Notes under the pieces: generated by a model
Seen by the model: only the letters and a program-made list of their open reading frames with translations
What the model was told of the DNA's origin: nothing
The model's database searches: none
Program-made: the position numbers and the translations under genes
From: an uncultured Planctomycetia bacterium
GTDB lineage: Bacteria > Omnitrophota > Gorgyraeia > 1-14-0-20-64-10
DNA length: 64,000 nucleotides
NCBI GenBank assembly: GCA_964597545.1
Contig: CAZQXN010000005.1
Location: 12,647 to 76,646, forward strand
Direction of reading: 5' to 3'
Shown here: positions 55,809 to 64,000 of the stretch, piece after piece
Numbering within the stretch: the first letter of the stretch is position 1
How the letters are laid out: the number at the start of each line of letters is the position of its first letter

Positions 55809-58156
55809 ATTGAATGGGGAAGCCTTCGCTCCCACGCGCATTGCACATTCCGGCCCGAAACAAGCCGTACCAAGAACCGCCCAAACCCATAGTCATCCTT
55901 GCGCCACGGGATGGGATCTTCAAAATAAGCTGGATTGCGCAGTCGACTGAGATGCTTGCCTATCCCGTCAAGGGATGCCAGCTGGGGTATGCGATCAAGT
56001 TGGCGGATAATCATCTCCGGATCAGACTCCAGGAAGCGAATCTGTGAGAGCCAGATGCGACCCATCTGGGCGTTTCCCCGCCGGTGCTCAAGATACGAAA
56101 GGGCAAAGAGACAGGCGATCGTCTCCCAAATCTCCTGCTCCATAACCTGTTGGATGCGCTTCTGCTTGTGCGTGGCGCGCCCACCCCAGCGCACATACCG
56201 ATCACCCATCTGGCGCACCCAAGGACGCAACGGCTGGCCCCCGGTCACCCAACGCAGGTCTGAAAGTGGCAGCGAAGGCAGCAGGTGCCTCAGCAGGAAG
56301 GGTCGGGTTTGAAGGGCCTGCAGCAGGAGGCGCTGCGCTTCTTCGCCCTTGTTCTGCTCTAAGCGTTTCAGACCCAGCATCAACCTCGTCCCAAAGGGAT
56401 CTACCCACCTCCCCCGCTCATCAAAAACCAAATGGCCCTGTATGCGGTAGCCAACTTCGGCCGATTGAAAGGCTGCGAGATTGACCTGAACACCCTCCAG
56501 TGAGGTTTCTCTCAGGGCAGCGGCCAGGAGGTTCCGGAAGTTCTGGCGCTTACGTGAATCCGCGTGGGAATGTCCCGGCGCCAGCTGTTGATGCGGCATG
56601 GCCACCACCCCCTGAATCGCTATCTCCCGGGGTTCAAGGGCATCCAGACGGTCAGAGGCTGAGACATCCCTGCGAATCAGGTCTGCCGTGCGCAAATCAT
56701 CGTAAAGCAGGTAGGTGTTGACAAGACGACCTCGAAAGAGCTCTGCCCGGACCGCAAGCAGGTTGGGAACCGCCAGAAGAACAAAGAGAGCGACAACAAA
56801 AGCGTGACGCGTTGTCTCTGCCCAGCCCAGGCGCCTGGAGATTCCGCCCAACAAAGCGGCAAGACCTAACGACAAGAGAACAGCGAGGATAGGTGTCACA
56901 TAGATCATGTAGCGCGACGGCACAGCCGGAGGGAAGCTCACATAGTGATTGAGCAGGTGCACGAGGACAACGCCATACCAAACCCCCCAAACCACCAGCG
57001 CACCCCTTTTCTTGATGGTCTCTCTGAAGAAGTTCCAGATCAGCAGCACAGTGAGTCCGCCTGCCCAAAGGCTCATTTGAGCCGGAATATAGTGCTGGGC
57101 CTGACTCGAGTCCATGAGCCGCGCTGTCTGCAGCGGATTCAAGAATGTCGCCAAGCTTGTGACCAGAGGCGAAAGGGCGTTGTACGGCAGCAGAAGCTGC
57201 CGCGTATCCCTAAGCGCAAGCCATCCCCATACCAACCCCAGTGAGATCGCAAGCACAATCCACCCCAAGCGCGAATGACGCAAGAAACCAGCTCCGCCCT
57301 TGAGCAGCAGGCGAAAGGCGCCGAGTGCTACGCCTCCCAGCGCCAAGAGCACTCCCCATTTGACACCCGCAGGGATAGCCCACTGTACGATGGCATCATT
57401 GATGATGACATCCCCGGCAAAGGCCAATGCGAAGGTAGGATAAACCAGTGCCGCGACAAAAAGGGGCAACCACCGATTGAAACGGTTGAGGCGCTCCTTG
57501 GGATCACGTGAAACAACCAAAAGGTGCGCCGCAATCAGCAAGGGAGCAATCACAGCGGAGCGCTGCAGAGAAGCCACCACAACCCACGCCAAGGTCCACC
57601 CGTAAAGCCATCGTGCGCCGCTCAGGCTCGATGTCGGGCGAGCTTCAATCTGGAGATAACCAGACAAAACAACCAGGATGGTAAAACAGGCGAAGAGGTG
57701 CTGGAAGGCTGCCGGCCAGAGTACCGCATAGAAATGGGAAAAGGCCGTAAGGAACACAACGGCTGCCCCGAAGGCCACCTCACGAGTCAACTCCATCAGC
57801 CGGCAGACCCGATACAGCAGCGCCGCGGTTGCAGCGTAAACGACGACAGAGACCCCCATCAGGGACTGGATTGGATTGTTTGCGAAAACCGTCACGAGAA
57901 AGAGGTAGCTCTTTAAGACCGGCTGACCAAACTCAATCGGCCAGGGGCCCAGCAGAAAGCGTGCGAGCTCAAGAAAGGATTTGCCCTCCGTCTGTTGGGC
58001 AAGGGTGGGAAGCATCCACCACAGATCATTTTCCGGCAAGGCCATAACCCAGGGCTGGCGGATTATCGCCAGAAAGGCAGCCGCCAGCGCTACGAAACAA
58101 CCGCCGTAAAACCATCTTCCCCCGACCCCTTTCTCGCCAGGAAGCTGCTTTCCCAT
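55805..58156 (-). CDS. large polytopic membrane protein with C-terminal helical-repeat (TPR-like) domain; candidate GT-C-type transferase
   Basis: 783 aa. More than 10 N-terminal TM helices. The C-terminal third is soluble with repeat-like helices. Confidence 0.45.
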   Translation of the reverse strand: MGKQLPGEKGVGGRWFYGGCFVALAAAFLAIIRQPWVMALPENDLWWMLPTLAQQTEGKSFLELARFLLGPWPIEFGQPVLKSYLFLVTVFANNPIQSLMGVSVVVYAATAALLYRVCRLMELTREVAFGAAVVFLTAFSHFYAVLWPAAFQHLFACFTILVVLSGYLQIEARPTSSLSGARWLYGWTLAWVVVASLQRSAVIAPLLIAAHLLVVSRDPKERLNRFNRWLPLFVAALVYPTFALAFAGDVIINDAIVQWAIPAGVKWGVLLALGGVALGAFRLLLKGGAGFLRHSRLGWIVLAISLGLVWGWLALRDTRQLLLPYNALSPLVTSLATFLNPLQTARLMDSSQAQHYIPAQMSLWAGGLTVLLIWNFFRETIKKRGALVVWGVWYGVVLVHLLNHYVSFPPAVPSRYMIYVTPILAVLLSLGLAALLGGISRRLGWAETTRHAFVVALFVLLAVPNLLAVRAELFRGRLVNTYLLYDDLRTADLIRRDVSASDRLDALEPREIAIQGVVAMPHQQLAPGHSHADSRKRQNFRNLLAAALRETSLEGVQVNLAAFQSAEVGYRIQGHLVFDERGRWVDPFGTRLMLGLKRLEQNKGEEAQRLLLQALQTRPFLLRHLLPSLPLSDLRWVTGGQPLRPWVRQMGDRYVRWGGRATHKQKRIQQVMEQEIWETIACLFALSYLEHRRGNAQMGRIWLSQIRFLESDPEMIIRQLDRIPQLASLDGIGKHLSRLRNPAYFEDPIPWRKDDYGFGRFLVRLVSGRNVQCAWERRLPHSI

Positions 58157-58160
58157 GGGC

Positions 58161-59777
58161 TTAAGCCATCACTTTCTTCTGGGAGGCCAGCGACCACCCT
58201 GACGGAATGTAGAGGCTGCGCTGCTTGACCGGGACCCTGCGCTGCAGGTGGGGATTGAGCCGGTTGACAAACCACTCCAAAGGAAAAAGGGGCAAGAGCG
58301 AGATAACCAAGTTGGTCGCGAGGGCAAAGGAGAGCCGAAACAGGTGGAGCCACTCGCCGAGGAACAGATACCAATGGGAACGCAGTTTAAACCACCCCGG
58401 CCCATGCTTTCGGGTGATGACCCCCCAGAGGACCCGGGGCCTAAAGTTGGAAAGGAGATTGTATCGGATAACATCCCGCGTCAATTCCCACTCCGAGGTC
58501 GTCTCCGGAACATAGGGCAGCGGCCTGCGCCGGGACAACGGCAGCGCCATTTCAGAAAGAGAGGAGGTGAAATTTTCCCAATGGCCCTGCTTGCACATTC
58601 TCCGGGAACCTTGGACATCACGGTAGAAGGGGGTACCCGGATAAGGGATTAGGTTGTTGTACTTGATGAAGGTGGGCGAGAGGGAATTCGCAAAGCGGAC
58701 AGTCTCAACCCGATCGGCATGCGTCTCGGTCGGAAAACCAAAGATCATAAAGATGGCCACATCCATCCCATGCTTGCGCGCCACCGCCACCGCATCGCGG
58801 TGCTGCTGGAGCGTCTCCCCCTTATGAACGATGTTGGCCAGGCGCTCCACACCCGTCTCCACACCAAAACCAACCGAATCAAAACCGGCCTCCTTGAGCA
58901 GCGGAACCATCTCCGGGTAGAAATTATCCGCCCGGGTCTGCAGGGAAAAAGAACACTTTTCTTTAAGCCCAGAGGCCTTGAGCGCTGCGCAAATCTCATG
59001 AACGCGAGACTTCTTAAAGCATAGGTTGTCGTCCAAAAAGAAGAGGGACTTGACGCCGAAGCGATTGACCAGGGTGTCCAGCTCACTCATGATGGTTTGG
59101 ATCGACTTGTAGCGGTAGGTAGAGCCGGTCATCATCCGCTGGCTGCAGTAGCTGCACTTGTAGGGACAGCCGCGGGAGGTGACGATAAAGCCCCAGTCAT
59201 AGGTGGTGCGGTGCTTGGCCTTCTCGAGCATATTGACAAACATGTCATAGGGAAAGGGGGGCAAACTGTCTAAGTCTTTGATGAGCGGCTCTTCTGGGGT
59301 ATGAACGATTCTGTCTTCATGTCGGAAGGAAAGCCCTCGGATCGAAGAAAAATCGGTTTCCCCTTGCCGAATGGCGTCGTAAAGCCTCAAGAGAGACCGC
59401 TCCCCTTCCCCGCGCACCACAAAATCGATTGTCGGAAAGGAAAGCATCTCATCCGGCAAAGCGGTGGCGTGGAATCCGCCGACGATCACAGTGGAGTCAG
59501 GGTATTTGGCCTTCAAGAGTGCGGCCAGCTCAAAGGTCCGGGCGGCCTGCGCAGTCAAAACCGTGATGCCAAACACATAGGGCTTAGGCAAACCCTCAAG
59601 CGCATCATCAAGGTTTTGCCAATTGAGCTTGACCACTTCCTCATCGATGATGCGCACCGCATGGCCATGGGCTTTGAGTTGTGCGGCAAGGCAGCCGATC
59701 GACATTGGCAGCGATAACGGCGCAAAACGGCTGATGGAACCACCATAGCCGGCATTGCAGGGATTAATGATGAGCAT
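58161..59777 (-). CDS. cobalamin-dependent (class B) radical SAM enzyme, probable methyltransferase
   Basis: N-terminal B12-binding domain. Canonical SRGCPYKCSYC (CX3CX2C). Confidence 0.8.
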   Translation of the reverse strand: MLIINPCNAGYGGSISRFAPLSLPMSIGCLAAQLKAHGHAVRIIDEEVVKLNWQNLDDALEGLPKPYVFGITVLTAQAARTFELAALLKAKYPDSTVIVGGFHATALPDEMLSFPTIDFVVRGEGERSLLRLYDAIRQGETDFSSIRGLSFRHEDRIVHTPEEPLIKDLDSLPPFPYDMFVNMLEKAKHRTTYDWGFIVTSRGCPYKCSYCSQRMMTGSTYRYKSIQTIMSELDTLVNRFGVKSLFFLDDNLCFKKSRVHEICAALKASGLKEKCSFSLQTRADNFYPEMVPLLKEAGFDSVGFGVETGVERLANIVHKGETLQQHRDAVAVARKHGMDVAIFMIFGFPTETHADRVETVRFANSLSPTFIKYNNLIPYPGTPFYRDVQGSRRMCKQGHWENFTSSLSEMALPLSRRRPLPYVPETTSEWELTRDVIRYNLLSNFRPRVLWGVITRKHGPGWFKLRSHWYLFLGEWLHLFRLSFALATNLVISLLPLFPLEWFVNRLNPHLQRRVPVKQRSLYIPSGWSLASQKKVMA

Positions 59778-59786
59778 GAAATGATC

Positions 59787-60599
59787 TCACTTTCGGGGGG
59801 CACCCCGACGCAGAAACACTTCCCGCAGCAGCTGCAGCAGGTATACTGCGCCCCACTGAAAGATCTTGAGCTTCCTATCCCCGCCGATGCGGGCCGGTTC
59901 ATCCGCTGGAATCTCTCCCCAACGAACACCCCACTTAAGGGATCGAAAGGACATCAAGGGAATCCAATCCACCCGCGTCCGAAAGAGCCTCTCTAGACCC
60001 TCAAACTCCTCGGGTCTGTCCAAGCCCAGCTGCATCGGCAGCTCCTTTCGGTGAGCGCGAAGCATGACCATCGGATCGGTCATGCGGGCAGAACCCCTGG
60101 GGCGTAAAAACCAATTGCTTAAGGTGCGATACATCCAGTTGCCAAAGCGGGTCAGGCTGTCGTCATCATCTGAGATGGCATCCCCCAAATAGCGGGAGGC
60201 AATCACCAGTTCCAGATTCTCCCCCTCTATCTTGTCGAGAAGCTGAGGGATCACCTCGGGGATGGAGTTGCCGTCCGGGGTGAAATAGACCACAACCTCA
60301 CCGCGGATCAACGGCCAAACCTCCTGATAGGCCGACCGGAACCCCGCCCGCTTCTGAACATACACCTGGTATCCCTGCTCACGAGCCCACTCCACGGTGC
60401 CGTCGGTTGAGCCGCCATCAACCACCAAGATTTGGTCCACCCAGCTGCGGCTGACTCTCGGCATGATGTGTCGCATCCCATCAATCTCGTTGAGGGTCAT
60501 GACCACCAGTGTCGCCCTCAGGGTTCTCTGCTTGGGCTTGCCTTGAGCGGCAGCGACAGCTTGGGGTTGCTTTGGCGCAGCGAGGGTTTCTTTGCTCAT
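59787..60599 (-). CDS. GT2-family glycosyltransferase (polyprenyl-phosphate sugar synthase / DPM1-like)
   Basis: VVMTLNEIDGMRHIMPRV...ILVVDGGSTDGT. Confidence 0.75.
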   Translation of the reverse strand: MSKETLAAPKQPQAVAAAQGKPKQRTLRATLVVMTLNEIDGMRHIMPRVSRSWVDQILVVDGGSTDGTVEWAREQGYQVYVQKRAGFRSAYQEVWPLIRGEVVVYFTPDGNSIPEVIPQLLDKIEGENLELVIASRYLGDAISDDDDSLTRFGNWMYRTLSNWFLRPRGSARMTDPMVMLRAHRKELPMQLGLDRPEEFEGLERLFRTRVDWIPLMSFRSLKWGVRWGEIPADEPARIGGDRKLKIFQWGAVYLLQLLREVFLRRGAPRK

Positions 60600-61651
60600 G
60601 GGGTCGCAGTGCTGGTTGAAAAGACGCGTTCAGCCTCAGCCACAGAAAGAGGCGTGGGGGGCTGGGTTTCGGCGTCAAAGAAGATGATGCGTGAACCTGA
60701 GCTTTCAAACTCAAGGGGCACGTGCAACAAGTTCCCTAAGGCTGCGCGAACTGCGGGTTTGTTTTCAGGGCGAACAAAGAGCAGCAGGAATCCCCCGCCA
60801 CCGGCGCCCAAGAGCTTGCCTCCCAAGGCCCCCGCAACACAGGCGCGCTCATAAATCTGGTCGATCATGGCATTGGAGATGCGCGAGGTAATGCTGCGCT
60901 TGAGTTTCCAGCCCTCATCCAGCAGGCGGCCGAAGTCATCCAGGGATCCTTCCCCCTGAAGGATTCTGATCGCCTCACCCACCATCTGGTGCAGCGATCG
61001 GAGGGTCTCGGCTTTACTGTGGGTGGCCTGAATCTGCTCGGCTGCAATCTCAGAGGCAGTGCGAGACAGCCCCGTATAGATAAGCATCAGGTGATCCTGG
61101 AGCGCGGCCAGGCGCTCCCGGCCCAAAAGAATGGGCGAAACCTGAATGGCCCCATCCTTTGAAAAATCGACCCGGTTAAATCCGCCAAAAGCCGCCATCA
61201 CCTGGTCCTGAGAACCAACGCTTTCCTTGAGCCGTTCCTGTTCAACATGGATGGCCTCGGTGGCCAGCTTCATCTTGCTGGGCATCACCCCCTGAAGCCC
61301 GTAAAGGGCATGGAGCAAACCTACAGTGAAGGAGGAGCTGGAGCCCAAACCGGTTCTCGCCGGCAAGTCTCCATCGTGGTGAAGTTCAATCCCGGAGGGG
61401 ACATTCAGGTGGCGCAGCACCTCGCGAACCGAAGGGTGCTTAATCTCCTCGATCTTGCGTACCAGCTCAATCTGGGACCAAACAATCCGGTAGGCATGGT
61501 TAAAGAAGGGCGGCAGCCATCGGCAGGTGATATAGCAGTAGCGCCGGATGGTGGTTGCCAGGGTTGAGCCCCCATGTTCACGAAACCAAGTTGGATAATC
61601 GGTTCCTCCGCCAAAAAAGGAGATTCGAAAGGGCGTTCGGGAGATGATCAT
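60596..61651 (-). CDS. GHMP-family sugar kinase (HddA-like heptose-7-phosphate kinase type)
   Basis: MIISRTPFRISFFGGGTD N-terminus and PARTGLGSSSSF ATP-binding motif. Confidence 0.8.
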   Translation of the reverse strand: MIISRTPFRISFFGGGTDYPTWFREHGGSTLATTIRRYCYITCRWLPPFFNHAYRIVWSQIELVRKIEEIKHPSVREVLRHLNVPSGIELHHDGDLPARTGLGSSSSFTVGLLHALYGLQGVMPSKMKLATEAIHVEQERLKESVGSQDQVMAAFGGFNRVDFSKDGAIQVSPILLGRERLAALQDHLMLIYTGLSRTASEIAAEQIQATHSKAETLRSLHQMVGEAIRILQGEGSLDDFGRLLDEGWKLKRSITSRISNAMIDQIYERACVAGALGGKLLGAGGGGFLLLFVRPENKPAVRAALGNLLHVPLEFESSGSRIIFFDAETQPPTPLSVAEAERVFSTSTATP

Positions 61652-63237
61652 GGGGTCTGACCCCTGCTGTTGAGGGGTCTGACCCCTACTTCGACTCCGG
61701 TGTGTTCACCGATTTTTTCCTTTAGGATTTCTCGTTTTAAGCGATGAGCCGCCATCTGGCGAATGTGCGCCACAGTCTCAGCTCCAAAGGTCTGGCGCAC
61801 CCGCTCCAAATATCGCGGGGAGTTGTAGTATGCCTGAAAAGCTCGATCCCGGAATTCCAGGACTTCGGCTGCGGTCAGATGCTTGGTGGGCAAAGGCAAA
61901 CAATCGGCCGAATGCTGTGAATAGCCGCTCCACTTCTCGGGCAACACCCAGCCCTCTTGCACCGCGGTTTGGTAGAGGTCAGACCCCGGATAGGCCATCG
62001 CAGAATAAAAGTTGGCAAATTCGCAGTTGAGATCCAATGCAAGGTCCAGGGTCTCCTGCATGGTCCTCAGATCATCCTCAGGCAGGCCAAAGATGTAGTT
62101 GCCGATCACATGAATTCCGGCTGCCCAGGTTTTCCCTAAGGTCTCTTTGATGTCTCCCTGATCAAATCCCTTTTGAACATCGTCGCGAACCTCGGTGTTG
62201 GCCGCTTCGATTCCATAGGCCAACCAATTGATCCCTGCGGCCTTGAGCTTAGGGAACATGTCATCTCGAACGGTATCCACGCGCGCATAGGCCCAGATGT
62301 TCAGGTCCAAACCTCGTTCAATGATTCCGTCGCAAATCTCGGATACATGCTTCGGGTTGAGCACAAAGAGCTCATCGGCAAATTTGACGTTCCGCACCCC
62401 GTATTGACTAACCAGGGTATCCAGCTCAGCCAGAACCGCCTGAGGGCTCCACAATCGGTAGGTGTTCACCCCCGCCTTGAAACCGGCGGCCTTCTCCCCT
62501 TCCTTGAAGGGAGCTTGAATGCAGCAAAAGCTGCAGCGAAAAGGGCAGCCCAGGGTGGTATAGATCGCCGCATACGGTTGACGCTCAAGTCCATCCAGGC
62601 AGTGCCAGTTGTGGGCCCTATAGCGTTCCATCGGCAGCAAATCCCAGGCAACGCCGGGCATCTCCCGATCCAAATCCATGACCAATGGGGCCGGGGGATT
62701 TGTCCGGATCACGCCCCTCTGCCAAAAGAGCAAACCGGCAACATCGGTTAAACCCGAGCGACTGCCGGTCCGAAGCGCCTCAACCAGCTGCGCCAGGGTG
62801 ATGGGTCCTTCTCCGCTGCAAACAAAATCGGCAGCCTCTTCCCGAAGGGTTTGCTCAGGCAAAGCGGCAACATGGCCCCCCACCAAGATCACCCTTTGCT
62901 CAGGTGAGGTTTGCTTGACGGCGCGGCAAACCGCCCCGGCAGCAGGCATGTTCTGCGTAGAGGCAGAGGGCTGATGCCCGTAGACCGCAACCGCAACCAG
63001 GAGGGGATTGAGTGCTCGAAGGCGTTCGGCGGCTTGATCGGCCGTCAACCCCTCCGCTGCAGCATCCAGAACCGCCACCCGGAACCCCTTAAGCCTCAAG
63101 TACGTTGCCATCAGTCCCGCCCAAACCGGCGGCTCAATGGCTGAAAGCTTGGATCCCAAAGCCTGGTAGGCCTGGGCCTGGTTGGCCGGATTGACCAGCA
63201 CCACGTCAATGGGCTTAGGCAAAGTTGGCATAGGCAT
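61648..63237 (-). CDS. cobalamin-dependent (class B) radical SAM enzyme
   Basis: B12-binding domain (VVLVNPANQ...FRVAVLDAAAEG), then canonical LGCPFRCSFC. Confidence 0.8.
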   Translation of the reverse strand: MPMPTLPKPIDVVLVNPANQAQAYQALGSKLSAIEPPVWAGLMATYLRLKGFRVAVLDAAAEGLTADQAAERLRALNPLLVAVAVYGHQPSASTQNMPAAGAVCRAVKQTSPEQRVILVGGHVAALPEQTLREEAADFVCSGEGPITLAQLVEALRTGSRSGLTDVAGLLFWQRGVIRTNPPAPLVMDLDREMPGVAWDLLPMERYRAHNWHCLDGLERQPYAAIYTTLGCPFRCSFCCIQAPFKEGEKAAGFKAGVNTYRLWSPQAVLAELDTLVSQYGVRNVKFADELFVLNPKHVSEICDGIIERGLDLNIWAYARVDTVRDDMFPKLKAAGINWLAYGIEAANTEVRDDVQKGFDQGDIKETLGKTWAAGIHVIGNYIFGLPEDDLRTMQETLDLALDLNCEFANFYSAMAYPGSDLYQTAVQEGWVLPEKWSGYSQHSADCLPLPTKHLTAAEVLEFRDRAFQAYYNSPRYLERVRQTFGAETVAHIRQMAAHRLKREILKEKIGEHTGVEVGVRPLNSRGQTP

Positions 63238-64000
63238 CCCTTCGAATGACGTGGTAACCCTTAATCAACTCCGTAATGCCTGCGCGCAAGCTCACCTGCG
63301 GTTTAAATCCTGTTTTTTCAACCCGTTCGTTGCTGACAATGTAATCCCGCTGATCCGGATCAGCCCCCACCTCAGCCTCGGTAAAGTAAAAATCAGGCAG
63401 CTGCTCTCGAATCACCTCGCACAGCTCTCGCTTGGAGAGGTTGGCATCGGATAATCCTACGTTGTAGGGCTGGCCCTTCATGCTGTCAAAGCGATCGATG
63501 GCATGCACGAAAACGCGGGCCACATCCCGAACGTGAATGTAATTTCTCTTGAAGTGACTCTGAAAAAGAACGATGAAGCGGTCGGTGGCCGCCCGATAAA
63601 CAAAGTCATTGACCAACAGATCCAGCCGCATCCTGGGAGATATTCCAAAGGCGGTTGCCAGCCGAAAGGTCACGCTGTTGCCGGCATCGAGAATCACCTT
63701 TTCGGCCTCGACCTTGAGCCGGCCGTAGGTCGAAATGGGTCGCAGCGGCGTCTCCTCCGTGCAATGGGTTCCCTTCTCCCCGACTCCATAACCGCTGTTG
63801 GTGGTCGGAAAGAGGATCCGATGCCCAGGGGAACGCAGGCGAACAAGGCTCTTGATCGCGTCGAGGTTGACCGCTTTCGCCTCCATGGGATCCCGCTCGC
63901 AGATCGGCGCTCCAGTGAGACAGGCCAACGGGATGATCACATCGACCTGCTTGAGCGCTTCCGAAACCAAGCGTTCATCCCGGACGTCCCCCCGCCATAC
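63215..64000 (-). CDS. NAD-dependent epimerase/dehydratase (SDR-extended), C-terminal part; gene continues beyond the window end
   Basis: In-frame upstream translation to the window edge reads YGGGDVRDER-L-VSEALKQVDVIIPLA (the GDVRD...D-V-I-HLAA region of extended SDRs). The Rossmann N-terminus is therefore outside the window. Confidence 0.7.
   Translation of the reverse strand, partial: VWRGDVRDERLVSEALKQVDVIIPLACLTGAPICERDPMEAKAVNLDAIKSLVRLRSPGHRILFPTTNSGYGVGEKGTHCTEETPLRPISTYGRLKVEAEKVILDAGNSVTFRLATAFGISPRMRLDLLVNDFVYRAATDRFIVLFQSHFKRNYIHVRDVARVFVHAIDRFDSMKGQPYNVGLSDANLSKRELCEVIREQLPDFYFTEAEVGADPDQRDYIVSNERVEKTGFKPQVSLRAGITELIKGYHVIRRDAYANFA

Noticed and set aside
1-64000. Searched for CRISPR arrays, tRNA/rRNA, transposase/integrase genes and a thiamine-diphosphate phosphonopyruvate decarboxylase
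   Set aside because: No regularly spaced direct repeats, no tRNA-like cloverleaf regions in the short intergenic gaps, no DDE/tyrosine-recombinase motifs, and no GDG-type ThDP-binding motif in any ORF. The absences are noted rather than reported as features.

Overview
The entire 64 kb window is GC-rich coding DNA in which every credible gene lies on the minus strand. About 55 tightly packed, frequently overlapping genes (ATGA/GTGA-type stop-start overlaps) form one co-directional glycan-biosynthesis supercluster. There are two longer non-coding gaps, a repeat-rich stretch at ~16.1-16.2 kb and 123 bp at 23.8-23.9 kb. Recognisable content: (1) a pseudaminic/legionaminic-acid-like nonulosonic acid (NulO) pathway (PseB-like 4,6-dehydratase, DegT aminotransferase, PseG-like hydrolase, three NeuB-family synthases, five nucleotidyl/cytidylyltransferase domains) decorated with formyltransferase-like, AsnB/PseA-like amidotransferase, WbqC-like, LmbE-like, deacetylase, methyltransferase and SGNH/AlgX-like O-acyl modules; (2) a PEP phosphomutase (EDKX5NS motif) fused to a nucleotidyltransferase plus three cobalamin-type radical SAM enzymes (phosphonate tailoring, Fom1/Fom3-like logic) with no phosphonopyruvate decarboxylase visible; (3) a CmoA (carboxy-SAM synthase) ortholog with a downstream methyltransferase-fold partner, a 2-hydroxyacid dehydrogenase and a DUF4330/membrane-protein set; (4) an HpcH-aldolase/HAD/SDR/KdsB-like block suggesting a second ulosonic acid; and (5) GmhA/FSA/GHMP-kinase heptose-type genes. 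Other content includes GT2/GT4 glycosyltransferases, three large KpsC/KpsS-like proteins, two MsbA/PglK-like ABC exporters and polytopic membrane proteins. The ORF track starts from the most upstream ATG/GTG/TTG, so many N-termini are over-extended; several starts were re-placed by hand. No tRNA, rRNA, CRISPR, transposase or integrase was seen. Plus-strand ORFs in the track are antisense artefacts of high GC.
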